Source: Flavobacteriales bacterium (lineage in GTDB: Bacteria > Bacteroidota > Bacteroidia > Flavobacteriales_F > PHOS-HE28). Taken from it: a stretch of 64,000 nucleotides of DNA. Both the position numbers and the translations under genes were made by a program. The notes below the pieces were generated by a model that worked only from the letters and a program-made list of their open reading frames with translations, was not told the origin of the DNA and did not search any database. The stretch covers positions 67,288 to 131,287 of the forward strand of contig JAXLVG010000006.1 of assembly GCA_046329115.1 (NCBI GenBank). The letters are read 5' to 3'. Shown one piece after another: positions 61,901 through 64,000 of this stretch (its first letter is position 1; every line of letters begins with the position of its first letter).

Positions 61901-64000
61901 GCTCTGGTAGAAGTTGCTCGTCATGTTGTACAGGTAGCCCGTCACCCCCAGGTCGATGGAGGCCAGGAAGGCGATGGCACCGGCACCGGGGGCCAGCACG
62001 AACTGCTCGCTTGCGCTGGCGTTGCTGGGCAGGTGCAGGTTGCCGGTGTAGCACGAGTTGCCGATCACCAGCGGATGCCGTCCGTTCCACTGGTAGTTGC
62101 CGGGCTGGTCGATGGTGATGTCGAACCCACCACCGCTGGCGTGGGCATAGAAGGTCATCAAGGTGACCCCCTCCTCGATCAGGTTGTACACGCTGTCCGC
62201 TGCGGCCTGCGAGATGATCTGGTCCGGGTTCTTCACGAAGTTGGTCACCTTGCCGCTGAAGTAGGTGGTGTCCTCCACGATGTCCTCGTAGGCCTGGAGG
62301 TAGCTGCCGAAGAGGATGTTCTCCTGCGGCGTGAAGCCGCCGCGGAAGTGGAGCACGTTCTTCATCCAGGCGGCGGGCTGCTCCTGCTGTTGCTCCAACG
62401 CACGCACCTTGTCCAGGTAGTCGAGCACCTGATCGTTGGTGATGGCCGCCAAACGGCCCACGGGGACGGAGAGGTCCCATGGGTCGCCCGATAGGCCGAG
62501 CGTCAGCCGCGCATCGCTGGGCGGGAAGCCGAAGGAGGGCACCAGGCAGAGCCTGCGCACGAGCGAATCCTGCACCGTGTGGCTGCGGTACCCGGTGTTG
62601 TCGCCGCCACCGAGCTTTGGAGCCTGTGTGGCCTTGCCGATCAGGAAGAGGGCCTGCGGATCATGCTCGTAGCTGGCCAGCAGATGGCCCATGAACCGCC
62701 GGATGCCTAGCGGATGGCGCAGCACCCCGCCGCCGAACTGCTGGTACAGCTCGGTGACATCGGCCACCAAGGTGTTGCACTGGTTCGCGCTCTCGTTGCT
62801 GCGGTAAGCCGCGTACTCCATGGCGCCGCTCATCAGCTTCGGGTGGGTCACGATCACCAGCGCACTGTCCACCGGGTTGGCGGCAAAATCGGTGAAGTAG
62901 CCGGTACCCCGCACGGGGTAGAGGGCTGACACCTGCCGGATGTTGCTGGGCCTGCTGACGTAGATGTGGGTGCGCTCGGCCCCGGTCCGCAGCGGCACCA
63001 GGGTGTTCCAGGTGGGCGCGCTGTACACGGGCGTGATCCGGTAGACCGAGTCGGCGTACACGTACATCAACGGCCCCCAGTTGCTCGTCATGCGAAGGGC
63101 CGTAAGCGTCTCCCCATTGTTCGGCACCTCCATGTGGATGTCCTCGCTCTCGAAGCCGCTGAACTGATGCTGATAGTCCACCTGGATGTAGGCCAGCGCC
63201 TGGCGGTCCGGATAGTCCACCTGCATGCCGCAGTTCAGCGGTAGATCGTGCACCAGGCTGAAGCGGAAGTTGGTGGTCGGGTTATCGAGCTGGTTGAGGG
63301 ATTGCAGCAGGTTGAAGTTGAACTTCATCGTCCGCTCCCCGATCCACGCCGTGTCCACCTGCGGCAAGGCGCTCAGGCCCGCACGGATGGTCAGGTGGTG
63401 GTCCAGGCCGCATTGGTTGCTCGCGGAGTTGGTACCGGCCACCACCACGGTCACTGGACATGGCGGCATCTGCACGTTGTCCAGGATGAACGGCGTGGGC
63501 ATGGCGATGTCGAACGGACCATCGTTGCTGTTGCTACCAGGGCCGTCGTTCAGCCAGTCCAGTTGGAAGTACCCCTCGCCATCGCCGGTCATGGAGGTGG
63601 TCACGCCGTTCACATCGCGCCTGCCCTTGCGGTAGAGCTGCGGGTTCATGTACACGGAGCTCGACCAGTACCAAGGGCGGTGCGGGAGGCTCTGCCAGTT
63701 GCCGGGAGACCTGTCGTAGACGCGCAGGCTGGTGGGCGCCGCATCCCAGGTGATGAAGAACTGGATGCTGTCCCCGACGATGGAGTAGTACGGATTGTTG
63801 ATGTGGTCCGGGTCGTCCCAGAGGGCGCTGTCCAGCCAGGCATCGTTCTTCGGCACGTAGAACTCGATGAAGTCGGTGCCATTGAACACCTGGTCGGAGT
63901 CGCCCGGGAAGTAGATCGGCACCTGCTTTTCGCGGCCGAAGACCTGGATCTTGGACGCATCCACCGAACCCACGGGAAAGCCGGCATTGGCGAGGGTGAG
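58991..64000 (-). CDS. Large PorU-like C25 family cysteine peptidase with T9SS CTD (5' end beyond window)
   Basis: Over 1660 aa, open to the window edge; LFLIGKA, VPVGRLAA, TFYAHAS (His), GNSCYTG (Cys), LHGDP; CTD VLNYPNPFTTST...WDGTDDFGDRLAQGVYLY...KMYLLR. Confidence 0.85.
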   Translation of the reverse strand, partial: LTLANAGFPVGSVDASKIQVFGREKQVPIYFPGDSDQVFNGTDFIEFYVPKNDAWLDSALWDDPDHINNPYYSIVGDSIQFFITWDAAPTSLRVYDRSPGNWQSLPHRPWYWSSSVYMNPQLYRKGRRDVNGVTTSMTGDGEGYFQLDWLNDGPGSNSNDGPFDIAMPTPFILDNVQMPPCPVTVVVAGTNSASNQCGLDHHLTIRAGLSALPQVDTAWIGERTMKFNFNLLQSLNQLDNPTTNFRFSLVHDLPLNCGMQVDYPDRQALAYIQVDYQHQFSGFESEDIHMEVPNNGETLTALRMTSNWGPLMYVYADSVYRITPVYSAPTWNTLVPLRTGAERTHIYVSRPSNIRQVSALYPVRGTGYFTDFAANPVDSALVIVTHPKLMSGAMEYAAYRSNESANQCNTLVADVTELYQQFGGGVLRHPLGIRRFMGHLLASYEHDPQALFLIGKATQAPKLGGGDNTGYRSHTVQDSLVRRLCLVPSFGFPPSDARLTLGLSGDPWDLSVPVGRLAAITNDQVLDYLDKVRALEQQQEQPAAWMKNVLHFRGGFTPQENILFGSYLQAYEDIVEDTTYFSGKVTNFVKNPDQIISQAAADSVYNLIEEGVTLMTFYAHASGGGFDITIDQPGNYQWNGRHPLVIGNSCYTGNLHLPSNASASEQFVLAPGAGAIAFLASIDLGVTGYLYNMTSNFYQSFTEVNYGGSIGEHMHYLDSAALFVADPGISVTSGVEQFTLHGDPTVILNSPDKPELEITPLDVRFQPDPVTADVDSFKVVARVRNIGKGTGAPFSMAAQRWMLEENIELQPVLQQHVMQQWEDTVTFTLPVLQDSGGVGLNQVEVRADLDPDAIAEYDDQTNNRASQPLLITTGDLLPVDPFNFAITSDPAPTLQASTGDPFAPVRTYVIQIDTTDLYNSPVMEQTTIQAPGGVVSWTPGSIYSLNQLQDSLVFYWRCSIDSVGNGGYEWREFSFQHINGRKGWGQAHYFQFKNNVYNNLIYDRPQREWDFYTGERNLACITQGGSVANCKWTKDLVVQEGGGCTSEPALHLAVVDPLTFIPWTTYWQGTGHFLNANNDEGGGDNGCVINYRSQKRFMFKQNQPSRLVALANALSDSIPDGSYVLLYTYVRLNRPAIDASPLAATLATLGAEQYAAGTVPDGVPYIFFCQKGNPALRFEIFGGPTEQIDTSLYLPVTGDIGFMDAPPAGPFLGWDALHWSIDPNVPSDSARITINAVDDFGQTTSLLELSASSTDSLDLVAAGISQLDLERLQLEAKLFSDTLFTDPRPAQPVRWQLVGSPAPECAIDPPLGFYSSVDSLFEGQTGRVMVAVHNISDAPMDSLLIGAWVTNAQNQRQTVHWRRNAPLPVNGVVLDTVSFNLAGLAGANTLVIEANPRDTITQVYDQREMYHFNNIATLRFETFRDRENPVLDATFDGIHILDGDIVSARPEIRITLDDENPTLLFDDITDTTRIKVFLTRPGMNTPERVWFRLGGEEQLQFIPTQGSENVCHALWRPVLAQDGIYTLQVQASDISGNSSGDRDMFVRFEVVNKPTITEVLNYPNPFTTSTRFVFTLTGSETPTAMRIRIMTVTGRVVREVMLNDLGPLHIGRNITEFAWDGTDDFGDRLAQGVYLYQVTAQLNGQDIEYRETSAGGLFTKGFGKMYLLR

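Overview
64 kb of chromosome from a high-GC (roughly 65% by eye) Bacteroidota bacterium, most likely a Flavobacteriales-type lineage. The assignment rests on the T9SS/gliding genes porU, porV, a porP-family gene and gldJ, a Bacteroidota-length SecA, DUF2795 and TAnnTT(T/C)G promoter boxes. Most of the window is core genome: pheT, recG, pdhA/pdhC, ispF, murF, anmK, exbB/exbD/tonB-folC, two tRNA-Val, secA, comM-like ATPase, gmhA, dsbD, tilS, pabB, hemH and lnt. No transposase, integrase, prophage or CRISPR array was seen. The more interesting parts are: (1) a full-length alkylglycerol-monooxygenase-like gene clustered with a YhhN/TMEM86 lysoplasmalogenase, a candidate bacterial ether-lipid catabolic locus; (2) a second, very large PorU-like C25 peptidase with an intact His/Cys pair, followed by a GT-C-like membrane protein and lnt; (3) an ECF sigma factor coupled to a protein that appears to span both membranes; (4) a VTC-domain + DUF4956 pair inserted into the porV-ispF-cdd-pdh block; (5) an ECF sigma-crtIB-idi-photolyase-sORF-SRPBCC-crtZ operon with a candidate operator, an un-called 52-aa ORF and no lycopene cyclase; (6) a degenerate tRNA-Val-like element with a conserved anticodon arm at the head of the tRNA operon. 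All product names come from motif recognition by eye; no database search was run.
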